Shown here: piece by piece, positions 1 to 9,917 of the stretch
How the letters are laid out: every line of letters starts with the position of its first letter
Position numbering within the stretch: position 1 is the stretch's first letter
IMG/VR virus record: IMGVR_UViG_3300027759_000048
From: a virus
Direction: 5' to 3' (one strand)
Length of the DNA stretch: 64,000 nucleotides
Made by a program: the position numbers and the translations under genes
The notes under the pieces: generated by a model
The model's input: the letters and a program-made list of their open reading frames with translations, nothing else
Databases searched by the model: none
Told to the model about the DNA's origin: nothing

Positions 1-2
1 TT

Positions 3-1667
3 CCAGGACCAGATTCCAAGTTTCAAGTCTCAGTTGTAACAGACCAAAAGGCGGAAGATTGTTCAGGCAATCAAGGTTGCTACTCACCAATGGATCATGG
101 TGAAGGGGTAGAATTGGATCATCTCGGTCTTAGTTCTATGCTAAATTCTCCAGTGGCATTTTTACAGCAAATCTTTCCGGGTGGACTAGATCCCGGCACA
201 GGTGTCGTCATGCTCAAACAAGCAGGCGAACTCGGTGGTATTATTCTCGGTCAGTCAAATACGACCCGAAAGGGCAATGGCCAGTCGGCTGCTGGAAAGC
301 CCCTAGGAAGCGCACAGAAGGTCGAGCAGTTGACCGGGACCGAAAGAGATATCAACATAGCTCCCGACATAAAAGAAGTTGAAGAAAACGGCGTTAAAAT
401 CAGAAAGGTCATCGAGAAAGGAAAGCAACATAAGCTGGACTTATTAGATGGTCTTCCAGTTCACGGTGCTTTATTTGATATCGCCGGATTTAGACTGCCA
501 GAAATCAAAAACGTTCCCACAGCTAAACAGACTAATGACCAAATGATGTCTGTCCAGAACTTACAGCAAATGGCCGGACAGATTATGTCACTTGGGCAGA
601 TGATCCAAGGTCTCGCTGGTAATAAAGGTGCTGGTGGAGGCGGGGGAGGCTACGGCTCTAATTATTCTACTCCAGCATCTACAGGCAGCGGCTCAGTTCA
701 ATATGTTCCACCAGGTACAGAAAACGGCGCTGGTGGCTCAGGATATTCTGGCGGTCTAGGCAATAATATTATATCAGCCGCTGATGCTCCGTCAAATACA
801 CCACTCTATGAAATCATGGATGGGCTCACACCTAATATGAAAGCCGCTGTAAATAGTCTTTCTGTATTGCTACAGGGCTATGAGACAGAAGGTGGCGTAG
901 CATTTATGACTGGTGACGTTGTTCATGAGGACACATATCTCGGTAACGCACAGGAATTATTAGGTCAGGTTACTAATCTTAGTGATCTAATGTATGTTAT
1001 GAATAGACTACAGTGGGACGAATCCCTACGTGGTACAGAAAAGCTATCAAACGTTGTAAATGAAATCGAGACAGCTTGGGGCGTGGCTCTACAAGAAATC
1101 GATTATAACGGTAATATGATTATTACCTACGGCGCAGAAGACGCTAATAATGAAATTCAATTTACTAATGACATGACAAGTAATACCGGCAGTCCTGCTT
1201 TGGGTTACTTTGACGGCAATAATTCAGAGGACGTTTATTACTCAATCAACTCTACTGGTGCTAGTCTTGGCTTTGGTTCAGGTGCTACTAGCGGTTCTAA
1301 CTCTCCTCCATCTGGTGGCAGTAAAGGCGGCACGACAAACGCAGGACAAGTTATCGGACAGGTTCAGGGATTGCTCGGACAGATCCAGGGTCTTGCTCAG
1401 GGTATGAACCAGAACATGTTCGGCGAGTCCGCTGGCACAATGAAAGATATGTGGAAGCGTATGACAAGAGAGCAAGAGAATGACGCCAAGGGTATGCATA
1501 AGAAATTAAACCAAGATGGCGACACACAAAGAATGACGCAGATTGTAGAAGATACAGTCAAAGGCGGCAATCCAATAGCACTAGATAAATTCTTACCGGA
1601 TTCACTAGAAAGTATTCCGGAATCAGTTAGTAGTAATTTTGGTGTATCGTTTAATCCTAATCCTTAA
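3..1667 (+). CDS. Baseplate hub gp5-like N-terminal half (degenerate OB-fold plus long Gly/Gln/Met-rich region); 5'-truncated
   Basis: The frame is open from base 3, upstream of the ATG at 90. FQVSVVTDQ...DHG...P...PGTGVVML...GGIILGQ follows the layout of the T4 gp5 OB-fold (FVGVVEDR...H...P...EGTRVYG...GIVLGT). It lies directly upstream of the gp5 beta-helix ORF. No lysozyme motif seen. Confidence 0.55.
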   Translation, partial: PGPDSKFQVSVVTDQKAEDCSGNQGCYSPMDHGEGVELDHLGLSSMLNSPVAFLQQIFPGGLDPGTGVVMLKQAGELGGIILGQSNTTRKGNGQSAAGKPLGSAQKVEQLTGTERDINIAPDIKEVEENGVKIRKVIEKGKQHKLDLLDGLPVHGALFDIAGFRLPEIKNVPTAKQTNDQMMSVQNLQQMAGQIMSLGQMIQGLAGNKGAGGGGGGYGSNYSTPASTGSGSVQYVPPGTENGAGGSGYSGGLGNNIISAADAPSNTPLYEIMDGLTPNMKAAVNSLSVLLQGYETEGGVAFMTGDVVHEDTYLGNAQELLGQVTNLSDLMYVMNRLQWDESLRGTEKLSNVVNEIETAWGVALQEIDYNGNMIITYGAEDANNEIQFTNDMTSNTGSPALGYFDGNNSEDVYYSINSTGASLGFGSGATSGSNSPPSGGSKGGTTNAGQVIGQVQGLLGQIQGLAQGMNQNMFGESAGTMKDMWKRMTREQENDAKGMHKKLNQDGDTQRMTQIVEDTVKGGNPIALDKFLPDSLESIPESVSSNFGVSFNPNP

Positions 1668-1678
1668 GGTATGAAAGA

Positions 1679-2803
1679 ATGAAAAAAGAAACGCCTCCAA
1701 AATGGACGCAGCCACATAAGTCTGATGCTCGTAAAGCTCAGTCGGCTGGATCGTATCCTGACTATTTCAGTTGGAAGACACGATCTGGTCATGTGCTACA
1801 ATTAGATGATACAAAGGGCGGAGAGACTGTCACACTACAGCACCGCAGCGGCACATCTATTCAGATGGCGCACGATGGCTCATTACATATCACAGCGCAT
1901 AATGGCAAGTATGAGGTGACGTTTGGTGAAGATCGTATGACTATATCTGGCGCACAGGATATCACAGTCAAGGGTGATGCTTCGCTTAGAGTATATGGTG
2001 ACTATAATGTTACCTGCCACAAAGACTATAATCTCACAGTATTGGGTAATTTCAATCTAGCTGCTAAAAATCATAACAGACAAATTCTAGGAAATATTGA
2101 TACACAAGCAAGAAACGAGAATAAAAAGCTCATGGGTTCATCTAGTAAGATTGCCCGTGGTGCTATTGCTTATGTGTCTAAAGGTTCCACTACTATTGCT
2201 TCTCAGTCAGACTCGTTACTATTTGGCTCCGCTTCCGGTATTGGTATGGCAGTCAAAAAGGGAAATATCACACAGAATATCGAAGAAGGAAACTTTCACT
2301 CAGAGACAAAAGACGGTGAGGTTCATGTCAAGTCAAAAGGTAAGATGAACTATGAGTCCTCTGACGAAGCTATCAAGATGACAGCCGAGAAAGACTTTGG
2401 CATCGAGTCAAAGTCAAACGGCGTTCAAGTCAAAGCAGATAAAGACGTTGGCATTAGTTCAACTACTGGAGACATTCAAGCAAAATCTGCTGCTGGTAGT
2501 GTTGAGGTTAAAGCTCAACAAAAAGTTGATGTGAGAGCAACAGGTGACGCTCACTTTGGCGGAGCAAAGACAAGTATTGAAGGACAGACAATGACAACCA
2601 TCGTTGGTCAATCAAGTGTTAATGTTGATGGTCCGTCTGGTCTCAATCTTAACTCGGGCCTTGGATTATCTAATATAATGTCTGCTTTAGGATTACAGAT
2701 GGACTTTGACTTTGGACAGTTCGCATCAGATGATCCTAAGTCTCGTGGTGTTCATGCTCCAGATAAGCCTGCTGGAAATAGTGAGACTAAGAATTGGGCA
2801 TAA
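1679..2803 (+). CDS. gp5: Baseplate hub/spike gp5 C-terminal beta-helix protein
   Basis: YPDYFSWKTRSGHVLQLDDTKGGETVTLQHRSGTSIQMAHDG matches the gp5 C-terminal signature, followed by ~8-residue beta-helix repeats; next to gp25. Confidence 0.8.
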   Translation: MKKETPPKWTQPHKSDARKAQSAGSYPDYFSWKTRSGHVLQLDDTKGGETVTLQHRSGTSIQMAHDGSLHITAHNGKYEVTFGEDRMTISGAQDITVKGDASLRVYGDYNVTCHKDYNLTVLGNFNLAAKNHNRQILGNIDTQARNENKKLMGSSSKIARGAIAYVSKGSTTIASQSDSLLFGSASGIGMAVKKGNITQNIEEGNFHSETKDGEVHVKSKGKMNYESSDEAIKMTAEKDFGIESKSNGVQVKADKDVGISSTTGDIQAKSAAGSVEVKAQQKVDVRATGDAHFGGAKTSIEGQTMTTIVGQSSVNVDGPSGLNLNSGLGLSNIMSALGLQMDFDFGQFASDDPKSRGVHAPDKPAGNSETKNWA

Positions 2804-2829
2804 ATAGTATAAATGGGTAGAGGACTAAG

Positions 2830-3234
2830 ATGGCACAAGTAAACATTAGCCGACAACCAGACTATTCTGATCTTGATTTAGATTTCATGATCAATCCGAT
2901 TACTGGCGACATCAATAAGAAAAAAGGTGTCGATGCTGTAAAAAGATCAATACGCAATCTAATTTTTACTAGCTATTATGAGCGTCCGTTTAACTCGTCT
3001 CTTGGCTCAGATGTTCCTAGACTACTATTCGATAACGTCGATGTTATCACCGCTTCACTATTAGAAGATGCTTTAGGAAGACTAATAAATACTTATGAGC
3101 CTAGAGTTGAAATAACACGTTTAAATGTTTATGCTGATACTGACAATCACGGCTTCAATGTCCAGTTGGAATATGTAATATTGAATACTGAAACTCCAGC
3201 GACATTTAATCTATTCCTAGAAAAAATAAGGTAA
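2830..3234 (+). CDS. gp25: Baseplate wedge subunit gp25
   Basis: YSDLDLDF..NPITGD, AVKRSIRNLIFT..YERPF, YEPRV motifs; 134 aa. Confidence 0.95.
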   Translation: MAQVNISRQPDYSDLDLDFMINPITGDINKKKGVDAVKRSIRNLIFTSYYERPFNSSLGSDVPRLLFDNVDVITASLLEDALGRLINTYEPRVEITRLNVYADTDNHGFNVQLEYVILNTETPATFNLFLEKIR

Positions 3235-3237
3235 TCA

Positions 3238-5319
3238 ATGTCTAGAGCAAATACAACCCTCAGAGTTTCGGAACTAGATTTCAACTCTATTAGAAACAAT
3301 CTAAAGACATTTCTTGGCAGCCAGTCAGAGTTTTCTGATTATAACTTTGAAGGCTCAGGTATGTCCGTTCTACTAGACATTCTCGCTTACAACACCTATT
3401 ACAATTCATACTACTTGAACATGGTAGCTAACGAAGCGTTTCTAGATACCGCTCAGATTAGACAGAACATCATCTCACAAGCTAAGTTGATCAACTATGT
3501 GCCGACATCACCACATGCGGCAGAGGCAATGATCAATCTCCGTGTTACACCAACCGCTTCAGAAAATCAGTCACTACACACAATCACACTGGACAAATAC
3601 ACAAGACTACTTGGTGCTGATATCGAAGGCACATCATATCCATTCGTAACACTCAATTCTAATACAGCTAGTAAGTCAGGTAACTCATTCTATTTCCCTA
3701 ATGTGTGGATCAAGCAGGGTGAGGTTATCACTCAGCAATTTGGCATGTCATCTAATAACAAGACAGCAAGATTTGAGATTCCATCAGCTAACGTTGATAC
3801 TGACACACTAACAATCACAGTTCAGGAATCAGCATCTAATTCCTATACAGAAGAGTTTCTACTCTCAACTGATATCACAACAATCACAGCAAACAGCCGA
3901 GTATATTTCTTAGAAGAGAACGAGAACCTAAACTATACACTACAGTTTGGTGACGGTGTTCTTGGTTATCGTCCAAAAGATGGTAACATTGTTATCGCCA
4001 CATATGTTGATACACAGGGTTCAATGGGCAATGATGTTTCCAAGTTTAACTTAGTTGAGCCTGTCGGTGATATCTATACCGGCAATGTTCGTGTTACAAC
4101 CGTTTCAAGTTCAAGAACCGGGTCTGATAAGGAAGACATTGATAGAGTTAAACTAAGAGCACCACAGTATTACACAGCACAAAATCGTTGCGTTACTGTT
4201 CGTGACTATGAAACAATTCTAGTCAAAGAATATCAGAACATTGACGCCGTTTCTATCTGGGGTGGCGAAGACAACGATCCGCCAGTTTACGGAAAGGTTT
4301 ATATCTCTATCAAGACTAAAGGTTTCTATACACTGACAAACCTTGAGAAAGAGAATATCAAGACTAACCTAATCAAGAATAAGAACGTCGTTACTGTGAC
4401 ACCAGTTATTGTTGATCCTGATTATATCTTTGTCACAGTTCGTGGTAAAGTCTATTACAATCCAGGACTAACATCAAAGTCAGCAACAGAAATTCTACAG
4501 CTAGTTAAGCAGGCTGCTTTTGATTATGCTAATGATGAGTTGAATACCTATCGCTCAACATTCAAGAAAGCAAAACTACAAAGCTATATTGAAAAGGCAG
4601 ATCCAGCAATTACTGGTTCCGATATCTCAATCTATCTACAAAGCCGTCAGGTTATTGATACAACTAAGTCAAAGAAGTATTACTATTACTTCAAGACACC
4701 AATTGAAAGAGGAACTTACACTAATAAGCTATACTCTTTCCCACAGATTACAGTTCTCGATAGCGGTCTAGTTTCTAGAAACGTGTTCTATGAAGAGGTG
4801 CCAAACTCATTCACAGGTGTTGATGCTATTGATCTTATCACACCAGGTAGAGATTACATCTCAGCTAATGTCAGTATTACTGGCGACGGTACAGGAGCTA
4901 CCGCAGTTGCTAGTGTGGTCAATGGTAAGGTTACATCTATTGAGGTAACAAACAAAGGCATCAATTATTCCCGTGCTACTGTCACAATCACTGACGATGG
5001 ACAAGTTGGCACCGAGTCAACCGCTAAAGCAGTTCTACAAGCAAGAAACGGTATTCTTAGAACATATTACTATGATACACTTGGTAACAAGATTGTTATT
5101 AATGAAAACGCTGGTACCGTCGATTATGATACTGGTGAGGTTGTATTGAATGCTATTCAGCCAAGCGCCGTTGTTTCTAATGACTATTACGACACAGACG
5201 TTCTAACAATGAACATCGTATCTGGTACAGAAATCATTCAACCATTGAGAAACAGAATATTGACGATGGACGAAAACAATGTTCAATCTGTTACTCTCGA
5301 AATGGTTGCGGAAAAATAA
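3238..5319 (+). CDS. gp6: Baseplate wedge subunit gp6
   Basis: ELDFNSIRNNLKTFL..QSEFSDYNFEGSGMSVLLDILAYNTYY; QNRCVT..DY; WGGEDNDPPVYGKVYISIK. Confidence 0.95.
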   Translation: MSRANTTLRVSELDFNSIRNNLKTFLGSQSEFSDYNFEGSGMSVLLDILAYNTYYNSYYLNMVANEAFLDTAQIRQNIISQAKLINYVPTSPHAAEAMINLRVTPTASENQSLHTITLDKYTRLLGADIEGTSYPFVTLNSNTASKSGNSFYFPNVWIKQGEVITQQFGMSSNNKTARFEIPSANVDTDTLTITVQESASNSYTEEFLLSTDITTITANSRVYFLEENENLNYTLQFGDGVLGYRPKDGNIVIATYVDTQGSMGNDVSKFNLVEPVGDIYTGNVRVTTVSSSRTGSDKEDIDRVKLRAPQYYTAQNRCVTVRDYETILVKEYQNIDAVSIWGGEDNDPPVYGKVYISIKTKGFYTLTNLEKENIKTNLIKNKNVVTVTPVIVDPDYIFVTVRGKVYYNPGLTSKSATEILQLVKQAAFDYANDELNTYRSTFKKAKLQSYIEKADPAITGSDISIYLQSRQVIDTTKSKKYYYYFKTPIERGTYTNKLYSFPQITVLDSGLVSRNVFYEEVPNSFTGVDAIDLITPGRDYISANVSITGDGTGATAVASVVNGKVTSIEVTNKGINYSRATVTITDDGQVGTESTAKAVLQARNGILRTYYYDTLGNKIVINENAGTVDYDTGEVVLNAIQPSAVVSNDYYDTDVLTMNIVSGTEIIQPLRNRILTMDENNVQSVTLEMVAEK

Positions 5320-5322
5320 TTT

Positions 5323-8300
5323 ATGTCATTATCATCAAATAGCAAAACATCAATATTAGTTTCTGGACAGCTTCCTGCATTCGTCAGGGAAGAGCATGAT
5401 ACCTTTATCAAGTTTCTAGAATACTATTATAAAGCAATGGAGCAAGAGGGCGAGGCTCTCTATCTCTCCAAGAACATGCTACGAAACTTAGATATTGATC
5501 AGCTATATGAACACGTCCTTGAAGATCATACCAATGATCAGAATGTCAGAGATGACTACGATTACATCTCATTCCTACAGAAGATGTATGATACTTTCAT
5601 ACAGTATATTCCTGACAATGTTCTAGCCGATAGAACAAACATACTAAAACACGCCAAAGAGTTCTATCTATCATCTGGTAGTGAGAGTTCTGTTCGGTTT
5701 ATTGTTCAAGCTCTATTCAACAAAGAAGCTCAGTTCTATTATCCAAAGACCGACATTCTTCGTGCTTCTGATGGTAAGTGGTTTATTGAAAAGTCATTGA
5801 GAGTTAGAGGCGTCAAGGTTGATAACGTTTCTAATTCTATAGCAGCGACAAACTTTGGTAACACATTCATCAAAGGCATATCATCAAACGCTACTGCTAT
5901 TGTCGAGAAGGTTGATACCTACTATGACAAAGGACAGCTTATCTATGAATTGAAACTCTCTAATATCTATAAAGAGTTCTTGAATGCGGAAGAAATCTAT
6001 ACTCAGTATACCGAAGAAGGTGTTGATAAGTTTCTAACAGCAAATCTATTCTCTGGTATTATCACATCGGTTCAGATTGTATCTGGCGGCGCTGGTTATA
6101 CAGAAGGCACCACAGTTCCTATTGTTAGTAACACTGGTATTGGCGCACAGGTTATCATCTCAAAGGTTACCAAAGGAACAATTCAGGCTGCTGGTGTTGT
6201 CAAAGGCGGCGCAGGATTCCAAGTTGATGATGCTCTACTAATCTTCGGTTCAGGCTCTGGTGCGTCTGGTACCGTTGCCGACGTTGATGAAAGTGGCTTC
6301 TATCATCCAAATAGCTATAATGTTATCTGGTCAACAATCAATCTCGAAGCTAATACAGCTATCGGTAACAATAGATACTCCAATCTCAAATCATCTATTA
6401 TAGATCCAGCTAATGATTCCGCTGGCTTTGCTAATTCAATGTCATACTTTGTGTATGGTAATTGTGGACCTGCTTTCTCACTAGCAATTGCTTCTGGTGG
6501 TAACAACTACATTCCGCCAATTACAATTGCTATCTCTGCTAATTCTGTTATATCGAAGATGGGTATTATAGGCAAGATGCAGATTATCAATGGTGGTATA
6601 GGTTATACTGCTGGTGATACCATCGAATTTCTTAACCCATTAGGTAGTGCTGGCTCTGGTGCTATTGCCAACGTAACAAACGTTGCTGCTAATGGCATGA
6701 TTACAGAAGTCAAGTTTAAGCAAATGCCTGGTCACATTATTGGTGGATCAGGATATGAGCCGACCAATCTACCAGCAGCTAATGTTGTATCAGGAACAGG
6801 TACTGGTGCTAATATCGCTGTAACAGCAATCATTGGACATAACGAAGAAATCATTCAGTCAGTTTCTAACATCGGTACAATTCAAGCAATGACCGTTGTT
6901 TCTGGTGGTTATGGCTATACAGATAATCCAACACTTGATCTAACAGGACTCGGTAACGGTAACGCTAACGCACAGCTATCATACGTTACTGGTGCTTACT
7001 CATATCCAGGCAGATACATCAACGATGATGGACACATCTCTGGCTATAACTTCCTGGAAGACAGAGATTACTATCAAGAGTTCTCATACGTTGTCAAGGT
7101 TGATGAGACAATCAACAAGTATAGAGCCGCAGTAAAAGACTTATCACATCCTGCAGGCGCTAGACTATTTGGTCAATATGATATCGTCTTTGATAATGAA
7201 ACACTCACAAACACAAACGTTGAGGTTGTTTTCTCTAATACCGAGTCATCAACTTTACCACACAAAACAATGTATCAGGTACAGGGATACACTAGCGGTG
7301 TATTCTCACCAAATGTTCTAACTGGTACAGCAAATGCCGAGTTTGTTATTGGTTCGTATAGTGCTAATACATCAAATCACAATACTTCTTATTCCGCTGC
7401 CAATAATGATATTGTTATTTCTTATTTCAATCACGGATATACCCAAGGTGATTTTGTATTCTTACAATTCAAAAACTCAAACACATGGGCTAATCTTGGA
7501 AACACAAACTATACAGTAACATCAGCCAATATAAGTCATTTCTCTGTTACTAATCCATTGACTGAAAGAAGCGATGGTGTCGCCAACGTTGGTAACGTTC
7601 TTGTATATAATCCTGACGTTATGATCACACTGCCATATAGCAGACCAGAACTAAATGATAATGTCTATATTCAATTCCAGACAGTAGATTACTCACTAGC
7701 AAATGGTTACTATCAAGTTCGTGGTGTAAAGAACGCCAACACATTCAACGTTCTACATCCTAACATGACAACCGCTAACGTAGGATCTGGTGTAGCAAAT
7801 CTAATCAGTAGAAAGATTACTGTAAAAGCAAACAATCACGGATTCGCTGCTGGAGATCAGACATACGTTCTATTCCTTGGTGGTGACACAGGAAACACAC
7901 GTAATGGTTACTATACTGTATCCAGTGTTCAAGACGGTAATACATTCAATATCACTGGACAGAATGTAATCTTTGCTGGTTCAACATCCCGTGTCTATCA
8001 GAAGCTATCTAAGATTGTTATTGCTAGTCATCCAATGTCAAATGGTAATGCTGCTTATATCGCATTTACAAGCGGTGATCAGGCTAATACATCAAATGGC
8101 ATTTACTATCCAATCAAGACAGGCTCTGATGTATTTACAATCAATGTTGCTAAACCTGCTACAGGTAATAGCAATGTCAGAGTTTGGTATCAGACAAATA
8201 ACTATTCCAATATTAGATTTACTACACTCAAAACAGATAATGAACTATCACCTAATGATAATGTCTATATTGAGTTCTTCACATCTGCTACCGATTTAGC

Positions 8301-8550
8301 TAACGGTGTCTATATGATCAAGAGTGAATATAGCACCAACACATACAATATATACTATACCGCTAACGATAGTATTGCCAACTCAGCGGCAATATATGGA
8401 TCACAAGTCTTTATACCTAACACTGTAAATGAAGTGACTGGTGCGGTAATTCGCCATACAAACACTATCAATGCGGTTGCTCATTCTGGTCTTGGTATTG
8501 TATCTGGCTCGGTTATGGAAGGCACTGCCTATGTTTCGCCTTATAAATAA
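5323..8550 (+). CDS. gp7: Baseplate wedge initiator gp7-like, with C-terminal repeated 'HG..GD.V' beta domains
   Basis: QLPAFVREEHDTFIKFLEYYY; YPKTDILRASDGKW; DRDYYQEFSYVVK...HPAG; lies between gp6 and gp8. Confidence 0.85.
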   Translation: MSLSSNSKTSILVSGQLPAFVREEHDTFIKFLEYYYKAMEQEGEALYLSKNMLRNLDIDQLYEHVLEDHTNDQNVRDDYDYISFLQKMYDTFIQYIPDNVLADRTNILKHAKEFYLSSGSESSVRFIVQALFNKEAQFYYPKTDILRASDGKWFIEKSLRVRGVKVDNVSNSIAATNFGNTFIKGISSNATAIVEKVDTYYDKGQLIYELKLSNIYKEFLNAEEIYTQYTEEGVDKFLTANLFSGIITSVQIVSGGAGYTEGTTVPIVSNTGIGAQVIISKVTKGTIQAAGVVKGGAGFQVDDALLIFGSGSGASGTVADVDESGFYHPNSYNVIWSTINLEANTAIGNNRYSNLKSSIIDPANDSAGFANSMSYFVYGNCGPAFSLAIASGGNNYIPPITIAISANSVISKMGIIGKMQIINGGIGYTAGDTIEFLNPLGSAGSGAIANVTNVAANGMITEVKFKQMPGHIIGGSGYEPTNLPAANVVSGTGTGANIAVTAIIGHNEEIIQSVSNIGTIQAMTVVSGGYGYTDNPTLDLTGLGNGNANAQLSYVTGAYSYPGRYINDDGHISGYNFLEDRDYYQEFSYVVKVDETINKYRAAVKDLSHPAGARLFGQYDIVFDNETLTNTNVEVVFSNTESSTLPHKTMYQVQGYTSGVFSPNVLTGTANAEFVIGSYSANTSNHNTSYSAANNDIVISYFNHGYTQGDFVFLQFKNSNTWANLGNTNYTVTSANISHFSVTNPLTERSDGVANVGNVLVYNPDVMITLPYSRPELNDNVYIQFQTVDYSLANGYYQVRGVKNANTFNVLHPNMTTANVGSGVANLISRKITVKANNHGFAAGDQTYVLFLGGDTGNTRNGYYTVSSVQDGNTFNITGQNVIFAGSTSRVYQKLSKIVIASHPMSNGNAAYIAFTSGDQANTSNGIYYPIKTGSDVFTINVAKPATGNSNVRVWYQTNNYSNIRFTTLKTDNELSPNDNVYIEFFTSATDLANGVYMIKSEYSTNTYNIYYTANDSIANSAAIYGSQVFIPNTVNEVTGAVIRHTNTINAVAHSGLGIVSGSVMEGTAYVSPYK
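8542..8549 (+). promoter_or_regulatory. T4-type late promoter TATAAATA upstream of gp8
   Basis: Exact consensus at a gene junction. Confidence 0.75.
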
Positions 8551-8576
8551 GTAGATAATTAGAGAAGGATCAGCCT

Positions 8577-9902
8577 TTGTCATCGTCACGTTCTAAAAAT
8601 CTCGATATCTTTGTCGCCAAGCAAGTCAAAGAATCCGTATCAGAACCATCATCATCAAACGTCTATTTGACTTTTGGTCGAGCCGCTACTTGGGCAAACG
8701 ATGCTGCTCCACCTCAGGCTAACACGTCCGCAGTCAATACCAATCAAATCTGGAAGAACATGATTGGTGGCAAAAGAATTACAGGTAACAATATCAGACA
8801 TGCTATTCCACGTATCAACTGGACATCTGGTACTGTTTATGATGCTTATGACGATCTAATTGATTCCCTACAATTATTCGACTCTTCATACAACTTTTAT
8901 GTTATGACATCCGAGCATAACATATTCAAGTGTCTATCTAATAACAATGGCGCACCTTCTACGGTTATGCCAAACATTCTTGTTACAACTACACACTTTC
9001 AGACCGCAGATGGTTATAACTGGAAGTATATGTATAGTCTAACTGCGGAAGAGAAACTAAGATTTTTGACACCATCATTTATTCCAGTCAAAACTCTAGC
9101 ACAAAGCGATAACAGCCAGCAATGGATCGTTCAAGAGAATGCTATTGATGGTGCTATTCATGTTATCAATGTAACAAACGCAGGTTCTGGATACACAGCA
9201 AACGATGTTGTCGTATCAATCACAGGCGATGGTCTTTATGCTAACGCCTTTGCTGTATTGAATACATCATCAAATACTGTTCAGTCAATCGTCATTGACA
9301 ATCTAGGTTATGGCTATACATATGCTAATGTTACGCTTGGTTCGACTACAGGTGCTGGAGCATCAGCTAGAGCAATCATCAGTCCTCAGGGTGGTCACGG
9401 ATTAGATCCTATAATAGAACTTGGTGGTTCATATTTGATTATGGATGTTCAGATCAAAGATACCGAAAGCGGTGTATTGACCACACATAACGATTACAGA
9501 CAGATTTCATTGATTGAAGATCCTCGCCTATACGGTGTTACAACAATGTCATCTCTACCAGCATTCTCACAATTAACAGTTCTATCATTGAACGGTACCT
9601 CAGTTGAGTATGTCGAAGATGAGGTAGTTTATCAAGGTGCTTCATTAGCATCATCATTCTTTAGTGGGCATGTTGTAGAATGGGATTCTGGTAATAACGT
9701 TATCAAGTTATCAAATACAAATGGTATACCATCAAAAGACTTGCTTATTGGTGCTAATACAACCGCTGCCCGTTTTGTTAGTGCTATTACCAATCCAACA
9801 TTAGAACCACGTAGCGGAAATCTACTATATACAGATAACATGACTGCTATTCAAAGGGCTGATGACCAAGCCGAAGATTACAAAATCGTTCTGAATTTCT
9901 AA
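8577..9902 (+). CDS. gp8: Baseplate wedge subunit gp8 (TTG start)
   Basis: IPRINWTSGTVYD, FYVMTSEHNIFKCLSN, DGYNWKYMY, ISPQGGHG, DYRQISLIEDP, C-terminal EDYKIVLNF. Confidence 0.92.
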   Translation: MSSSRSKNLDIFVAKQVKESVSEPSSSNVYLTFGRAATWANDAAPPQANTSAVNTNQIWKNMIGGKRITGNNIRHAIPRINWTSGTVYDAYDDLIDSLQLFDSSYNFYVMTSEHNIFKCLSNNNGAPSTVMPNILVTTTHFQTADGYNWKYMYSLTAEEKLRFLTPSFIPVKTLAQSDNSQQWIVQENAIDGAIHVINVTNAGSGYTANDVVVSITGDGLYANAFAVLNTSSNTVQSIVIDNLGYGYTYANVTLGSTTGAGASARAIISPQGGHGLDPIIELGGSYLIMDVQIKDTESGVLTTHNDYRQISLIEDPRLYGVTTMSSLPAFSQLTVLSLNGTSVEYVEDEVVYQGASLASSFFSGHVVEWDSGNNVIKLSNTNGIPSKDLLIGANTTAARFVSAITNPTLEPRSGNLLYTDNMTAIQRADDQAEDYKIVLNF

Positions 9903-9917
9903 AAGGAAAAGATAAAA

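Noticed and set aside
8564-8579. Hairpin over the gp8 RBS (GAAGG-ATCAG-CCTTT)
   Set aside because: Only about 5 bp; could easily be chance
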